Shown: positions 26,349 through 41,876, numbered from the stretch's first letter. The stretch is 64,000 nt of DNA from Dictyostelium discoideum (GCA_000004695.1 CM000154.2:3552001-3616000); one strand, 5' to 3'. Numbers and translations are program-made. The notes: a model not told the origin generated them from the sequence alone.

Positions 26349-29300
26349 TTATTTATTTAAACTATTCATTTTATTATTTATTTGTTGCAACAAACGCTTA
26401 TCTTTTTTATTTTTAACAATAAAATAAGTGGTGGCAATAACTATTACAGCAGCGAAAGCGATTGAACCAACAATTATACCAGCTAATTGAGCAGTTGTTA
26501 AACCAGAATTATTTTTTGTACAAACTGAATCATCTTCATCAGAGGCTGATTTACTATCAACAAGCACTGAGAAATCTGGATCAACAACTATTGAGTTTTT
26601 ATAATTTGGAATTGTAATACCAATAAATGATTGTAATGATGATGATGAACTATCAATTACATTCAATGATGAATCTAATAAAACATTACTTATACTTTTA
26701 ACAGTATTATCAATAATAGCACGTTTAATGAATCTACCATAAAGTGAATGGTTTTCAATTTGAATCTTTAAATAATTTGAATTATCACCTGTTGATGTAT
26801 TACCAAATTGATTTGATGTGCAAATATCATTTGAGTTTGTTGTTAATGATGCTTCCATTACTAATTGAAGTTGATTTAATGAACTTTTAAATTGATATTC
26901 TGTAATTTCAATTGTATATTTAATACTAGATGGATTCATTGTTAAATTTTGATTTGCGAATTGAATTGGTGTACTTTGATTAAACCATTCTAAAGTTGCT
27001 GTTATATTTGTATTTGATACTGTTGTAAAGTATTGATTTTTAAATTCGTTAATTGGTGTAAATATCCATTGATCGAATTTATAATTATTTACTTCTTTAT
27101 TATTAAAATCTAATTCTCTTAATGATACTAATGATATTAATGATTTAAATATCATTTTTTGAGATTCTTCACTATTTGTTTCTGATGATTGACCATTATT
27201 ATCTGTTGGTATTTCAACATCTGGTTTTGTTGTATTAATTGATGGTTGTGGTACAATAATAATTTGAGAAGTACAAGTTACTCCAATCCATGGTGAATAA
27301 CAAATACAACCTGTAGATGAACAATAACCTTGATTTTTACCACCACATTGTGGATTACCAAGACATTTTTGTGGTGGATTGGTTGGAATTGGTGTTACAG
27401 TTGGTATTGGTGTTTCAGTTGGAGTAGTTGTAGGTGATTCAGTAGGTATTGGTTTTAATGAACGATCGAAATAGATTGGTTGTATTGGGAATTCATTTGA
27501 TGTGAATCCACCAGCTGTTGAAACTTTAATTTTGAATAATTTATTTGTTTTTTTAATACCTGAAAATTTAATTGCTGATGATCCATAAAATAATGCTGTG
27601 GTTGCTGAATTTGGTGACAATCCACTATCACTATAAGTAATTGTTACTAAATTAACATTTATAAAACCTCTACCATATATAATTATTTCACCATTATCAT
27701 CTGAATAATATTTATCACTTGATGTGATTACTGGTAAATTACTTGAATATGTTGTATCTAAATAATAGTTTGAATTTAAAACCATTTGAATATCTGATGT
27801 AGAATAACCGTAATAATAACCACCATTATTTACAATACCATACATTGATAATGCTATAATACCTGGATAACCAAATTCTAATGGTAATTCTGTTGAGCAA
27901 TTATAAACTGCATTATTTGCGCTATAGAATATTAATTTAGAATTACATTTTGAAATTTCTGTGTGAACTGTTGTTAAGTAAATAATTGGTAATTGATCTT
28001 GTTTTATTCCATTTGTACCTGGATCGATTGAAAAATCAAATGAAATTATTCTATTTGGTGAGCCTACATCAATTGTGGCTGCTGATGTTTTAAATGATAA
28101 TAATGTTGGTTTTGAATCAAGCATTGTTGAACCTGAACATGTAAATGGTAAAATTGTATTATCTATACCTTTATCTAATAAATTAATAAATGGATTAAGT
28201 ATTGAATATGGACCACCATTTAAAATAAACTTTGAAGCTATTTTATTTGTATCATATAATAAAACTTTAACTATTCTATATTCTTGTGATATACATGGTT
28301 GAGTAATATTAATTAAAATTTGATATTGGCAATTGAATTTATCACCAATTACATCATCGATATTAAAATTGAAATGATAAGTTGAACTATCAATTGAACC
28401 CATTACTTTAATATAACCACTTTCAAACCCATTTAAATCATCTGTAATATTAAATTTCCAACCAATTGTACCTGTTGTTGAAACTACTAAACCATTTCCA
28501 ATTTTTTCAAATGAATTAAAAATTGGGCCTTGATAGTCAAGAACTATAATTTTAAATAAAATCAAAAATTAATAAGAGTTTATTCTTTAGTGAATTGAAA
28601 ATTTTTTAATTATTTAAATATATATATTACCTGTTTTATTAACTACTAGTAATTCTTTCATTATACTATTGCTATAAATTGATAATTGTCCAACGAAAAT
28701 TGAAAATGGAATCATTCCAAACATATTATTCTTTTGTAAAATGAATTTACATTCAAATAATCCTGATGTTGTATTATAAATAAATGGGATTTTCTGAAAA
28801 GAAACCGATTCAATGTCTCTTTCTATTGGATGTGAGACAAGATCTAGTAAATTGAATAATATCGGAGCATCTTTAGGTATTTCTGTAGAATTTAAATATG
28901 CAATATTATATTGTTCACTTTCATAACTTAAATCTAAATTATTTTTTAAAAATGATAAATCTATAAAGTCTTTAAAGTTATAATCTATATTAAAAAAAAA
29001 AAAAGAATAATTTGTTAATAAAACAAAAATTTAAATTAAATCAATTTAAATTATATATAGATATATTTATATAATACAAACTATAATTCAATGGTTGAGG
29101 AATTTCAAAAACTATTAATGGATTTAATGATATTGGTGAACCATTTTCATAAGAAACCACATTCCAAATTAAATCAAAAAGATTTATTATTTTAATATCA
29201 CCTAAACCAACAACATATTCGAATGTTCCATTATAAATTGTACCAGAAACCAATATGTATTTTAAAAAATCATTTGAATCCGAAAATTTTGCACCTTTAA

Positions 29301-29706
29301 AACCATTAACAGATTCAACATTGATTGATAATAAATAGTTCATGCTTGTAATTTTAGTGAAACTATATGATTTTAAAATTGGTGGTATCCCATTTGATAT
29401 TTCAAAAGGGTCTATATCAGTATGTAGTACTTTTGACAATGTAAAACAATCATATGAAAGTTGAGTAACTGGAGATTTTTTCAATAATCTTGGGAAATTA
29501 ACTCTATGTGTGAATTTTGAATTGGTACCATAATAAAATCCAAATGGCCACTCTTGAACAGAAGAAGTTACATATTGATATTCAAAGGGTGAAAACTGAT
29601 AATCAAATGAATTATTAAATGATACTTGGAAAAAATTTTTAACTATATCAATATAATCAATTGAGGGGGATAGAAAAATAAAATTTGGCATTGGTGTAAC
29701 TATTAA

Positions 29707-29749
<43 letters not shown>

Positions 29750-29773
29750 TCTCTTTTGAATACCAACAACAAC

Positions 29774-29828
<55 letters not shown>

Positions 29829-30203
29829 TAATACAAACTATTCATTTTTGTTGTAAATGTTTTTAAATCTACTGTTGATCCATTTCCAGTGGTTAAAGTA
29901 CTATTGATTAATACACCAGAATTGATTGGATCTTTAGTTGTATCAATTGCACCTATAAATGTCATATTTCCTTTATAACCTTTAAGTGGAATTGTAGGTA
30001 CATAACTATTAAATACTTGATAAGGTTTCATAATATTTGTATTAAGAGTTGATGTAAATAATGGTTGATAACCATAACTCATTTGAGTATAATTTGAATT
30101 AATTGATAAAATATTTGATGGGAAAAATGTTTCAAAATGAGTTGTTGGTAAATCATTCTCAACTAAAAAAAAAAAATAAATAAAATAAAATAAAATTGAT
30201 ATT

Positions 30204-30298
<95 letters not shown>

Positions 30299-31122
30299 AC
30301 ACTATGACATATATAATTAAAAAAAAAGAAGGGGACCTACAAAAAGAATAATATGAATTGAGTTTGAAAGAAAATGATTTTCCTCCTACAAAATTCATTG
30401 TAATTTCATTTTCTTGAGTTAGATTTTGATTAATCTGATTCATATAAACTATATAATTATATGTATCTAAAAAGTTACTACTATCAATAGCACCAACATT
30501 AATTGAAATTGAATCATAACCTTTAACAAAAAGTTCCAATCCTCCTAAATAAATGTAGTAAATAAAATAATTTGAATAACTAATTGGTTTTGTTGATCTT
30601 TCAATTTTTAGTTTACTAATATCAATATCTATTATCAAATAAATAAAGCACAAATCAATTAATAATTTATTTTTATATTTAAATAATTATTTATAAAAAA
30701 AAAAAAATAAAAAAAAAATAAAAAAAAAACTTACCTAAACATGTTGTGTTTAGTTGATAGGTTTGTTGAAAATTATCACTAGTTGTAAATGTTAATGTTT
30801 GGGATACTAATCCTAATTGAGGGCTATTTTGTATATTGGAAAACATATAATAATTATCTTTATTGAATATTATATTAAAAGGAACACCACCTATGTCAGA
30901 CTGAAAATTTGAAACAGTTATTCCAACTGGTACCTCAACTAAAATTTTATTATTAAAATTGCAATAATTATTAAAAGAATAGGATGGGTACATTGAAAAA
31001 ATTGGTTCAATAATAGTTGCTTTAATAGATGTTTCATCTGTTAATGCTTTAAATTGTCCATTATTAATTTTTATTATTGATAAATTAATTATAATAAATA
31101 AAAAAATTGAAAACCTATTCAT
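26349..31122 (-). CDS. Paralog 1 of a tandem family of about 1390-aa type-I membrane glycoproteins (IPT/TIG-like + EGF-like Cys module + Pro/Thr stalk + TM); 6 exons: 31122..30735, 30628..30341, 30162..29839, 29699..29082, 28984..28631, 28543..26349
   Basis: Signal peptide MNRFSIFLFIIINLSII. All five introns are phase 1, and the exon lengths sum to 4167 nt, a multiple of 3. Exon 5 (28984..28631, ...FECKFILQKNNMFG...) has no Met and is absent from the ORF track but has no stops. The last exon has a TIG-like PVITSSDKYYSDDNGEIIIYGRGF segment, an EGF-like CLGNPQCGGKNQGYCSSTGCICYSPWIGVTC, a TM helix AGIIVGSIAFAAVIVIATTYFIV and a short basic tail. Confidence 0.7.
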
Positions 31123-31639
31123 TTAAATTTATTTTTTATTTTAAAATAAAATAAAATAAAATAGAATAAAAATGAATTAAAATAAAATAAAAATAAAATA
31201 AAATCCAACAAAAAAAAAAAAAAAAAATATCATAAAAGTAAAAAAAAAAAATAATAAAAAAAAATTAAAAAAAAAATTAAAGAAAACTGAATGTATTTTT
31301 ATCAAAAACCAGTTCATGTAATCAATAATATCTTTTCAGAAACCAAAAAACGCCTCGTAAAAATTAAAAACCATGCATTTTTTTTTTCCCAGAAAAAATA
31401 TCTATCAATTCGTTTTTTTGATATTTTTTTGATATTTTTTTTTATTTTTTTTTATTTTTTTTTATTTTTTTTTTTTTTGGGCGAATAAAGTAAAGTGATT
31501 GGGCGAAAAAAAAAGTTAAGCGATTGCCGAGTCAATCTTGATCAAAAAAATTCCAAAATTCCAAACAAAAAAAAAAAAAAAGTTAAAGATAATTTCCAAC
31601 ACTTTTTTTTTGTTAACCAAGCAAAAATTCTTTTTTTAT

Positions 31640-34600
31640 TTATTTATTATTATTCATTTCAGTAATTTTTTTATTTACAGCCACAATGAATTTCTTTTGT
31701 TTATTTCTTTTAATGATAAAATAGACAATAGTGATAACTATTACAGCAGCGAAAGCGATTGAACCAACAATAATACCAGCTAATTGAGCAGTTGTTAAAC
31801 CAGAATTATTTTTTGTACAAACTGAATCATCTTCATCAGAGGCTGATTTACTATCAACAAGCACTGAGAAATCCGGATCAACTATTATTGAGTTTCTATA
31901 ATTTGGAATTGTAATACCAATAAATGATTGTAATGATGATGATGAACTATCAATTACATTTAATGATGAATCTAATAAAACATTACTTATACTTTTAACG
32001 TTATTATCAATAATAGCACGTTTAATGAATCTACCATAAAGTGAATGATTTTCAATTTGAATCTTTAAATAATTTGAATCATCACCTGTTGATGTATTAC
32101 CAAATTGGTTTAATGTGCAAATATCATTTGAATTTGTTGTTAATGATGCTGCCATTACTAATTGAAGTTGATTTAATGAACTTTTAAATTGATATTCTGT
32201 AATTTCAATTGTATATTTAATACTAGATGGATTCATTGTTAAATTTTGATTTGCAAATTGAATTGGTGTACTTTGATTAAACCATTCTAAAGCTGCTGTT
32301 ATATTTGTATTTGATACTGTTGTAAAGTACTGATTTTTAAATTCGTTAATTGGTGTATATATCCATTGATCGAATTTATAATTATTTACTTCTTTATTAT
32401 TAAAATCTAATTCTCTTAATGATACTAATGATATTAATGATTTAAATATCATTTTTTGAGATTCTTCACTATTTGTTTCTGATGATTGACCATTATTATC
32501 TGTTGGTATTTCAACATCTGGTTTTGTTGTATTAATTGATGGTTGTGGTACAATAATAATTTGAGAAGTACAAGTTACTCCAATCCATGGTGAATAACAA
32601 ATACAACCTGTAGATGAAAAATAACCTTGATTTTTACCACCACATTGTGGATTACCAAGACATTTTTGTGGTGGATTGGTTGGAATTGGTGTTGTGGTTG
32701 GTATTGCTGTTGTGGTTGGTATTGGAGTTGTAGTTGGTGTTTCAGTTGGAGTAGTTGTAGGTGTTGGTGTTTCAGTTGGTATTGGTTTTAATGAACTATC
32801 AAAATAGATTGGTTGTATTGAGAATTCATTTGATGTGAATCCACCAGCTGTTGAAACTTTAATTTTGAATAATTTATTTGTTTTTTTAATACCTGAAAAT
32901 TTAATTGCTGATGATCCATAAAATAATGCTGTGGTTGCTGAATTTGGTGACAATCCACTATCACTATAAGTAATTGTTACTAAATTAACATTTATAAAAC
33001 CTCTACCATATATAATTATTTCACCATTATCATCTGAATAATATTTATCACTTGATGTGATTACTGGTAAATTACTTGAATATGTTGTATCTAAATAATA
33101 GTTTGAATTTAAAACCATTTGAATATCTGATGTAGAATAACCATAATAATAACCACCATTATTTACAATACCATACATTGATATTGTTATAATGCCTGGA
33201 TAACCAAAACCCAATGGTAATTCTGTTGAGCAATTATAAACTGCATTATTTGCGCTGTAAGATATTAATTTAGAATTACATTTTGAAATTTCTGTGTAAA
33301 CTGTTGTCAAATAAATAATTGGTAATTGGTCTTGTTTTATTCCATTTGCACCAGGATTGATTGAAAAATCAAATGAAATTATTCTATCAGGTGAACCTAC
33401 ATCAATTGTGGTTGTTGGTGTTGTAAATGATAATAATATTGGTTTTGAATCAAACATTGTTGAACCTGAACATGTAAATGGTAAAATTGTATTATCTATA
33501 CCTTTATCTAATAAATTAATAAATGGATTAATTATTGAATATGGATCGCCATTTAAAATAAATTTTGAAGATATTTTATTTGTATCAAATAATAAAACTT
33601 TAACGATTCTATATTCTTGTGATATACATGGTTGAGTAATATTAATTAAAATTTGATATTGGCAATTGAATTTATCACCAATTACATCATCGATTGTAAA
33701 ATTGAAATGATAAGTTGAACTATCAATTGAACCCATTACTTTAATATAACCACTTTCAAACCCATTTAAATCATCTGTAATATTAAATTTCCAACCAATT
33801 GTACCTGTTGTTGAAATTACTAAACCATTTCCAATTTTTTCAAGATAACTAAAAATTGGACCTTGATAGTCAAGAACTTTAAAAATAAAAATAAAAATAA
33901 AAATGTTAATTATTAATAATGACAATTAATTAAATTTTCAAACTTACCAGTATTATTTACTATTAATCTTTCATTCATTAAACTATTATCGAATAAATTA
34001 ACATTACCAACATGAATTTGAAATGGAATCATTCCAAACATATTATTCTTTGGTAATATGAATTTACATTCAAATAATCCAGATGTTGAATTAAAAATGA
34101 ACTGATTGTTGGTTAAAGAAAAGTCTTCAGGATTTCTCTCGAATGGAGATGATACAATATCTAGTAAACTAAAATATAACGGAATATCTTGAGGGATATT
34201 TGGTGAATTTAAATAAATGATATTGTAAGATTCACTTTCAATATTTAAATCTAAATTATTTTTTAAAAATGAGATACTAGTAAAATCATTAAAGTTAAAT
34301 TCTATTAAAATTATAAAAAAAAAAAAAAAATTATTAATATTAGAATTGAAAAAAAAATTAATTATTAATTAAAATAAAATTTAATAATTACCATAATCAT
34401 ATGACTGAGGATAATTAAAAACATTTAAAGGATTAGCAGAAAATGGTGTGCCAACATTAAAAACTAAAGAATTTAAAAGGGTATCTTTGATTTCAAATTT
34501 ATCAATACCAACAAATGAAATAATTAATTCAAATGAACCATTATAAATTGTACCACTAATCACTGAAAATTGAATTGGTTGCCCTCCAGAATAGACTGAA

Positions 34601-35891
34601 ATACTTTTTACACCATTAACAGATTCAATATCCAATGAAAATAAATAATTGAAATTTGTTATTCTAGTGAAATTATATGATTTAAGAATTGGTGGAATTG
34701 AATCTGAACCTGAACTTGATTCAGGAATTATATATTCATCAAATCTTTCTTGATTTTTTATAAAATAATATTTTAAATAAATTACTGGAGAAAGAAATTG
34801 GGGTCTTGGGAAAGAAACTTGATGTGAAAAATTGGAATTGGTGCCAGAAATAAATCCATACGGCCAATCTTCATTAAAATTAGATATAAAAAAATATTGG
34901 AATTGGGAAAACTGGTAATCATATGAATTTCTAAATGATGCATAGAATAAAGAAACTGTACCAACTGTGGTATAACCAATGAATGGAGATTCAATTCCTA
35001 GTATTGGGATTGGTGTGACTATTTTTGATATTGAAAAGTTTGAAAAAAAAAAATTAGTAAAAAAAATAATAATATAAAAAAAAAACAATAATACCATACC
35101 ATTAATTTTTGTTGTAAATGTTATTAAATCTACTGATACTCCAATTTCACTCATTAAAGTACTATTGATTAATACACCAGAATTGATTGGATCTTTAGTT
35201 GTATCAATTGCACCTATAAATGTCATATTTCCTTTATAACCTTTAAGTGGAATTGTAGGTACATAACTATTAAATACTTGATAAGGTTTCATAATATTTG
35301 TATTAAGAGTTGATGTAAATAATGGTTGATAACCATAACTCATTTGAGTATAATTTGAATTAATTGATAATATATTTGATGGGAAAAATGTTTCAAAATG
35401 AGTTGTTGGTAAATCTTTCTCTTTAACTAAAAAAAAAAATATTAAAAAAAAAATAATAATAATATATTATTAATAAAATTTATAAAAATCCAATATTATT
35501 TTATTAAAAAAAAAAAAAAAGGTAATAAAAACTTACATAAAGAATAATAAGTATCGAGCTTGAAAGAAAATGATTTACCATCATTAAAATTCATTGTAAT
35601 TTCATATTCTTTAGTTAAATTTAAACCATAAGAAATTTGATTTATCAATATACAATAGTTGAATGAATTTGAAAAGTAAGTATATTGAATGATAGCAGTA
35701 GTGCTTGGAATTGTTTCATAATAATAACCAGGTTCTAAACCTTCTAAAATAATATAGTACAAAAAATAATTTGAAAAACTAATTGGTTTTGTTGAATTTA
35801 CAACTTTTACTTTATCAATATCAATATCTAAAAAGTAATAAATAAACCACAAAAAAATTTAATATATTAATAAATTATATTTTCCATATTC

Positions 35892-35941
<50 letters not shown>

Positions 35942-36326
35942 TACCTAAACAATTTGTATTAAGTTGATATGTTTGTTGAAAATTATCACTAGTTGTAAAT
36001 GTTAATACTTGAGAATTTGTTCCAATTTTTTGATTACCTTGAATATTTGTAAATATATAATAATTATTATTGTTTAATATTTGATAGAATGAAACATCGT
36101 TATTTAAATCGCTTGAAAAACTTGTGATAGTTTTACCAACTGGAATTTCAATTAAAATTTTAATTTCAAAGCTACACTCATAATTATTTTTTGGATATTT
36201 TGAGAATGTTGAGTTTATTGATTGGGCTAAAATAGATTGTTGTGGAGTTAAAGGTGTTAATTGCGATTCATTTAATTTTATGAAAAAAAAAATTATAAAT
36301 ATCGATAAAACATAAAATTTATTCAT
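31640..36326 (-). CDS. Paralog 2 of the same family; 6 exons: 36326..35945, 35827..35537, 35426..35100, 35018..34392, 34301..33948, 33876..31640
   Basis: Same phase-1 architecture; lengths sum to 4218 nt. Exon 3 and most of the last exon are 97 to 100% identical to paralog 1, while exons 1, 2 and 4 are strongly diverged. Exon 5 (34301..33948) is hidden from the ORF track. Confidence 0.7.
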
Positions 36327-36987
36327 ATTTTTTTTAATTCTTAAAAAAAAAAAAAAAAATAAAAATAAAAGAATATGTGGATAAAAAAAAAAAAAAAAAA
36401 AACTAAAAAAAAAAAACCACGTACTTTTGTGAGGATATGAATTGATTTATTCGATTAATTGAAAACAAATTATGAAACTCGAAAAAAATTGATTAAATAA
36501 CCAAGAGTTTAAAAATTTTTACGTGCTTTAACTTGTTCCCATTTCTATTTTTTTTTTTTCGTGCATTTTATAAAATTTATTTTTACCCAGGTAAAAAAAA
36601 AATAAAATAAAAAAAAAATAAAATAAAAACAAATATCTAAAACAAAAAAAAAAAATAAAATAAAAAAAATAAAAAAAAGATATTTTTTTTTTTGGGTAAC
36701 AATAAATGTAAAAATAAATTTGCATTTAAAAAAAAATAAAAAAAAATAAAAAAAAATTAAATAGATAATTAATAAGTTTTTTGTAAGGGTGGTTGGATGT
36801 AAAAATTTAAGCGTTAAAGTGGTGAAAAGTAATTTTTCGGGCTGTGGGTCTTTTTTTTTTTTTTTTTTTTTTTTATTTTTTTATTTTCTATGCGACCCCC
36901 CTTAATAATTAATGCTCAAAAAAAAAAGTTAGATTGTGCAGATAATTTCCAACACTACTTTTTCATAAAGTAAAAAAAGATAGATTT

Positions 36988-39900
36988 TTAATTTTTATTC
37001 ATTTCAGCCATTTTTCTATTCACAGAATCTACGAATTTCTTTTGTTTGTTCTTTTTAATGATTATATAAATAACACCAATAATTATTACAGCAGCGAAAG
37101 CGATTGAACCAACAATAATACCAGCTAATTGAGCAGTTGTTAAACCAGAATTACTTTTTGTACAAACTGAGTTATCTTCATCAGAGGCTGATTTGCTATC
37201 GATAAGCACTGAGAAATCTGGATCAACTATTATTGAGTTTCTATAATTTGGAATTGTAATACCAATAAATGATTGTAATGATGATGATGAACTATCAATT
37301 ACATTTAATGATGAATCTAATAAAACATTACTTATACTTTTAACAGTATTATCAATAATAGCACGTTTAATGAATCTACCATAAAGTGAATGATTTTCAA
37401 TTTGAATCTTTAAATAATTTGAATCATCACCTGTTGATGTATTACCAAATTGATTTGATGTGCAAATATCATTTGAGTTTGTTGTTAATGATGCTTCCAT
37501 TACTAATTGAAGTTGATTTAATGAACTTTTAAATTGATATTCTGTAATTTCAATTGTATATTTAATACTAGATGGATTCATTGTTAAATTTTGATTTGCG
37601 AATTGAATTGGTGTACTTTGATTAAACCATTCTAAAGTTGCTGTTATATTTGTATTTGATACTGTTGTAAAGTACTGATTTTTAAATTCGTTAATTGGTG
37701 TATATATCCATTGATCGAATTTATAATTATTTACTTCTTTATTATTAAAATCTAATTCTCTTAATGATACTAATGATATTAATGATTTAAATATCATTTT
37801 TTGAGATTCTTCACTATTTGTTTCTGATGATTGACCATTATTATCTGTTGGTATTTCAACATCTGGTTTTGTTGTATTAATTGATGGTTGTGGTACAATA
37901 ATAATTTGAGAAGTACAAGTTACTCCAATCCATGGTGAATAACAAATACAACCTGTTGATGAACAATAACCTTGATTTTTACCACCACATTCTGGATTAC
38001 CTAGACATTTTTGTGGTGGATTGGTTGGAATTGGTGTTATTGTTGGTATTGGTGTTGTGGTTGGTATTGGTGTTGGAGTTGGTATTATAGTAGAATTAAA
38101 ATAAACTGGATTAACAATAAATTCATTTGATATGAAACCATCAATTGTTAAAGCTTTAATATAGAATGGGCTCTTAGTATTTTTAATTCTTCCCACTCTA
38201 ATTGCTGATGATCCATGAATTAACATTAAACTTGCTGAATTTGGCGTCAAACTACTATCGCTGTAAACAAAATCAATTCTGGAAACTTTTGAAAAACCTC
38301 TACCATATATAACCAATTCACCATTATCATCTGAATAATATCGATCTGTTGATTTGATTACTGGTTGGTTAATTGTAAATGTTGTATTAATATAATAGTT
38401 TGAGAGTGGTACTCTTTGAATATCATCACTTGAATAACCATAATAATAACCACCATTATTTACAATACCATATACTGAAAATATTAAAGCATTTGGGAAA
38501 CCAAAACCCAATGGTAATTCAGTTGCACAGGAATAAGAAACATTTGTTATATTATACGATACTAATTTTGATTTACATTCTACCAATCCATTAAATAATG
38601 AAGTTATATAAATTATTGGTAATTGATCGATTTTAATAATCGGTACACCACTATCAATTGAAAAATCAAATGAAATGGTTCTATTGGTCGCACCTACATC
38701 AATGGTTGTTGCTGATGTTGTAAATGATAATAATGTTGGTTTTATATTTTCTATTACTTGTAATATTGAACATGTAAATGGTAAAACTGTAATACCAATA
38801 CCTCTTTCTAAGAAATTAATAAATGGATTAATTATTGAAGCAGTAAGTAATGAAGGTGTATATAAATTAAATCTTGAAGCTATTTTATTTGTATCAAACA
38901 ATATAACTCTAACGATTCTATATTCTTGTGATATACATGGTTGAGTAATATTAATTAAAATTTGATATTGGCAATTGAATTTATCACCAATTACATCATC
39001 GATTGTAAAATTGAAATGATAAGTTGAACTATCAATTGAACCCATTACTTTAATATAACCACTTTCAAACCCATTTAAATCATCTGTAATATTAAATTTC
39101 CAACCAATTGTACCTGTTGTTGAAATTACTAAACCATTTCCAATTTTTTCAAAAGAACTAAAAATTGGACCTTGATTGTCAAGTTCTATAATTTATAAAA
39201 AAAGAAATTAGTTTTTTTTTTTTTATGATTATTTAATTTTTTCATTCAAATAAATAATTACCAGTCTTATCTACAAAGAGTTCATTAACTATATCAGTAC
39301 TATAAAATCCTGATTCTGGTGAATGTTCAATCATATATTGAATATTTCCAAACATATTATTCTTTGGTAATATGAATTTACATTCAAATATTCCTGTGCT
39401 GGCATTGTAAATGAATGGATTTCTATATAACATATTGGCAACATCAGTCATATCTCTTTCTATTGGAAATGATATTATATCCAATAAAACAAGTGCCATT
39501 GTTTTATATGGTGGAATATCGCTTGAATTTACATACAAAATATTATAAGAATCTTCCTCTAAGCTTAAATTATTCTTTAAAAATCTAATATTATTGTTTT
39601 GAAAATTTGAAATATTTAATTCTAAATTATTATTTTAAAATAAAGGAAAGTATTCATTAGTTAAAGTAAAATTATTTTATTTAATAAAAAAAAAAAATCA
39701 AAAAATCAATATTTAATATAATACATACTATAACTTATTTCTTGTGGTAATTGGAATATAACTAATGGATCTATTGAAACTATATCACCTGGATTATAAA
39801 TAGAACTATAACCATATAAATCAAACATTATAACATATTTTACACCATGAAAACCTGTAATTAATTCAAATGTACCATTGTAAATTGTGCCACTAACTAA

Positions 39901-40750
39901 AGTGTCAATACTGACATATAATTGTTCTGTAGCCATAAAATTTCTAATTCCATTAACACTTTCGATTGTTAACCTTAATATATATTTTTGACTTGAAACT
40001 CTTGTGAATTGATATGATAATAATTTGGGAGGTGAATTAGATTGATCAAGAGTCAATGGCGAAAATTGAACACTAAACTCACCTCCATCAGTGATGCCAA
40101 AACTATAATAATCAGATTTTGAATATTCCAAAAGTTGAACTAATGAAACTTTATGTGTATAATAATTATTATTACCTGAATAAAACCCATATGGCCAACC
40201 TCTAATTTCACTACTAAAATAACCATATGTAAAATCAGTAAACTGGTATGGCTCAGTTACATTGATTGTTACAGAATATACTGGAATTGGATTAATATAT
40301 AAAGTTTCACAACTATTTGTAGTTGAGTAGATTTTTGGTAAAATTATATCTATATATATATATATATTTATTTTAAAAAAATAAAAATTAATATTATTAG
40401 AAATTAGAAAAAAAAAAAAAAAAAAAAGAAAATTAATACAAACCTTGAATATTTACTGATATACTTGAATTATTAATCGAAAATCCATCTTCATTAATAA
40501 AAGTGGAATTTCCATTAACAACAAAACCAATAAATGTCATATTACCCTTTTTTCCTTTTAATGGGAGAGTGTATTTTTCACCAGAATTAGTTCGAATTAA
40601 TTGATATGGTCTCATAATGTTTGTGTTTAATATTGATTGGAATACTGGACCACAAAAATAACTAAATTGTGTGAAATTAAGTCCTGGTGATAATATATTT
40701 GGTGGATAAAATGTATCTATATGACTTGTCGCTAAATCTTGTTCGTCAAC

Positions 40751-40800
<50 letters not shown>

Positions 40801-41673
40801 ATTAATAATTATTATTAAATTTAAATAATATAAATAATGATATTAAAATGATATTGTTACATTGAGAGAAATATGATCCAATACTAATAGGAAATAACCT
40901 ATTGTTACTAAATTTTAAATTAAAGTTTATATCTTGAGATAAATTTTGTAAAGCACCTAAACTCAACTGTATTACATAATTATAAATTGGATCACCTGAA
41001 TGGAGGATGTTGACACCGGAAACATAATCTGTATATATTTCTATAGGAAAATGTGGTTTTATTCCAGATATTTTGAGGTAGTAATAATAAGATGAAGCCA
41101 TATGAAAAGGTTTTGTTTCACTTATTACAAAAAGATCATCAATATTTAAATCTTTAAAAAAATAAAAATAAAAATAAAAAAAAAATTTATTATTAATATG
41201 TATTATTTTATAATTATTATTGTTATTATTATTATTATTATTATTATAAATATATACATATTATTTTAAATAATAAAATAAAATATCTTACCACTACATG
41301 TTGTCATAAATTGATATGTATGATTATTATTATCGTTTGTTGTAAATGTTAATTCTTGATAATAAATTCCATATTCTAAACTTCCATATGAAATAAGATT
41401 ATACAAATATTTATCATTGGTTTGAAATTTTTGATTAAGTTTAAAGTTTGTATTATTAGTTGATGCACTTGTTATGGAAACACCTTTAGCTTCTATTTGA
41501 ATATTATATGAATTTTGGTTGCAATATCTACTATCTGATGAATATGGAGTTCGAGAGAAAATTGGATTTACCACTGATGCTAATAAGGTTGTTTCTGGTG
41601 TTATTGGTGTAAATTGAGAATTATTAACTCTTAAAAAAAAAATTAATAAAAACAAAATTATTAATATTTTCAT
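36988..41673 (-). CDS. Paralog 3 of the same family; 6 exons: 41673..41292, 41151..40861, 40749..40444, 40349..39729, 39621..39262, 39185..36988
   Basis: Signal peptide MKILIILFLLIFFLRVNNSQ. The same six phase-1 exons sum to 4158 nt. The N-terminal exons and the first half of the last exon diverge from paralogs 1 and 2. The last roughly 1 kb, from IPTNPPQKCLGNPECGGK through the TM and tail, is near-identical to them. Confidence 0.65.
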
Positions 41674-41690
41674 CTCCACTTTAAACAATT

Positions 41691-41743
<53 letters not shown>

Positions 41744-41876
41744 CAGAACACAAAAAAAATTTATTCGTTCTTTAGTGGTGATCGAAAATTGATGTTTGCA
41801 TTCTTTTGAAACGCCAAAAAAAAAAATGATTGTTTTTAGTTTTTTTTTTAGATTTTTTAAAATATCTAAAATTTTG

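Noticed and set aside
40433-41101. Treating ORF-track pieces 41751..41266, 41101..40802, 40615..40433 etc. as separate small genes
   Set aside because: They join through canonical phase-1 introns into single genes (paralogs 1 to 4). The start-codon calls of several of these ORFs are alternative-start artefacts of the ORF finder.
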